Shown here: one piece after another, positions 62,455 through 64,000 of the stretch
Layout of the letters: each line of letters starts with the position of its first letter
How positions within the stretch are numbered: the stretch's first letter is position 1
Source of the DNA: Rhina ancylostomus
Lineage: Eukaryota
Reading direction: 5' to 3'
Length of the DNA stretch: 64,000 nucleotides
Assembly: GCA_030265395.1 (NCBI GenBank)
Contig: JARFYF010000063.1
Coordinates: forward strand, 55,190,882-55,254,881
Program-made: the position numbers and the translations under genes
Notes under the pieces: generated by a model
The model's database searches: none
Seen by the model: the letters and a program-made list of their open reading frames with translations, nothing else
Told to the model about the DNA's origin: nothing

Positions 62455-62945
62455 TAAGATACCAGCCTGTATACTCTATGCCCAATCTTACAAACTTCTA
62501 TCAGGTGTCCCCTCAACCTCTACCACTCCAGAGAAAAGTTTGTCCAACCTCTCCTTATAGCACATACCCTCTAATCTAGACAGCTTCCTGATAAACTTCT
62601 GCACCTTCTCCAAAGCCTCCACAGCCTTCTTATAATGGGGAGACCAGAAATGAATGCAATACTCCAGATGTGGCCTAACTAGAATTTTATAAAGCTGCAA
62701 TACAACTTCCTGACTCTTGAATACAATGCCTCAACTAATAAAGGCAAGCATGCTGTATGCCTTCTTTACCACATTTTCAGCCTATACAGTCACTTTCAGA
62801 GAGCCATGGACTTGAGGCCCCAAGATCCCCCTGTACATCAACACCCAAGGGTCTTGCCATTAACAGTGTAATGTCTCTTTATATTTGATCTCCCAAAGTG
62901 CAACAACTCACACTTGGCCAGATTAAACATTTGCCATTTTTCTGC
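62455..62945 (-). mobile_element. CR1 LINE RT C-terminal fragment
   Basis: ORF 62488..62700 LYKILVRPHLEYCIHFWSPHYKKAVEALEKVQK. Confidence 0.9.
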
Positions 62946-62964
62946 CCGTATCTGCAGGTATTCT

Positions 62965-63105
62965 TGGATATTTCAACACAAAACATTGACTATTTCTTCC
63001 TACAGATGCTGCCCCACCTGCTGAGCTTCCACCCCCCTGCCCCCATTTTGTTTGTTTCTGTTTCAGATTTTTGTGTCATCTGCAGTTTTATTTTCATTTT
63101 CAAAC
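62965..63105 (+). mobile_element. Penelope-terminus/MITE arm
   Basis: caaaacattgacta...acagatgctgccccacctgctgag...tttcagattt...catctgcagt matches the other copies. Confidence 0.6.
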
Positions 63106-64000
63106 CAGGATTTTCCTTGCTACAACTGGTGCAAGAGCTTTCCATATCCATCCTGCTAAAATTTTAAGAACCAAAACACCTATTCGTGTCACGCTCCAAG
63201 TAAACGCAGAAACTCAGAGTGACACACCAGCTTCTGGAAGGTTGTTATTTTTGGCCTTTTCAAATATGATTCACCTGGCTGTAAACTCTTGACTGCAGCT
63301 GATGGCTAATCAACTTGTCGACTTCTGGGGTGAGATTAGTGAATCATTGCTTCAATGCAGATAAATCTACTCCAGAAAAATCAACCACAACCTTCAGAAT
63401 GTGTCAAGGTAAAAGCTCACTTAAAGTTCCTCACCACTGAAAATTAACTAGACATCATTTCTTACGCTCCAAGTTTTTGCAAGCTCAACAAACAACATTC
63501 TCCAGCATGTGTGAATAATTTTCTGTTCAAAGTACATTCAACTGTGCCATCTAAAATATTAGTGTATTCCCACATAATACGCAGAAGCTTGCTGCATCAT
63601 CATCATGGAACCAAGTGAACGACTAGCCACTGTAGTTGGAAAAGCTTACGGTTGCATTATTTAGATCCAAAGACTGGAAAACACTGAATAACGATAGTTT
63701 AAAATGAATTCAATGTTAATTTGGATTCCGCAGATGTAGCATTCAGTGTTTGAGCATTGTGATGAAACAAGACAAAACTTGCATTCATTTGGCATCTTTT
63801 ACCAGTGCAAAGCTTCTCAAAGTAACTTACAGCTAAACAAATAATTTCTGCCCAGAGTGTAGTCAGTATTTTACCACAGGAAATTCAATAGCCAGTCTGA
63901 ACTTAGCAAAAGACTGAAACAGCCATGTGGTTGCAAGGCAAGCAATGTCCATTATACCGGTTTGGATTGATTTAATGTTGAATCAAAATGCATCATTTTA

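Noticed and set aside
44072-64000. Nested APOBEC4-like gene
   Set aside because: It would need a ~1 kb + strand ORF with a deaminase motif; none is present in the ORF track
1-64000. CRISPR arrays, operons or prokaryote-type systems
   Set aside because: Spliced vertebrate locus; no regularly spaced repeats or long bacterial-like ORFs

Overview
Vertebrate genomic DNA from a gapped draft assembly, most likely a cartilaginous fish (shark or ray), judged from its V-SINE/HE1-type SINEs, Deu-domain SINEs, CR1/Rex1/L2/RTE fragments and Penelope-type repeats. One minus-strand gene dominates the window: RGL1 (Ral GDS-like 1; REM, CDC25 GEF and RA domains). I traced 17 coding exons by hand between 58842 and 10640. 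All have GT-AG junctions and compatible phases, and together give 2304 nt (767 aa plus stop). The ATG-bearing first exon was not found and probably lies beyond the right edge. A ~1.4 kb 3'UTR ends at an AATAAA near 9235. Most ORFs in the supplied track are chance, repeat-derived or N-gap artefacts. The most notable non-routine signals are: degenerate minimal hammerhead-ribozyme motifs in a dispersed Penelope-like repeat family; a four-layer nested transposon stack at 1480-2590; a candidate alternative terminal exon resembling the RGL1 last exon; a dense cluster of miR-17~92/miR-200/miR-130/miR-30 seed sites, one inside a hairpin; and an intronic stem-loop at 53348-53432. I found no clearly new protein-coding system. 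Repeat-family names and human RGL1 comparisons are from memory, not database searches.
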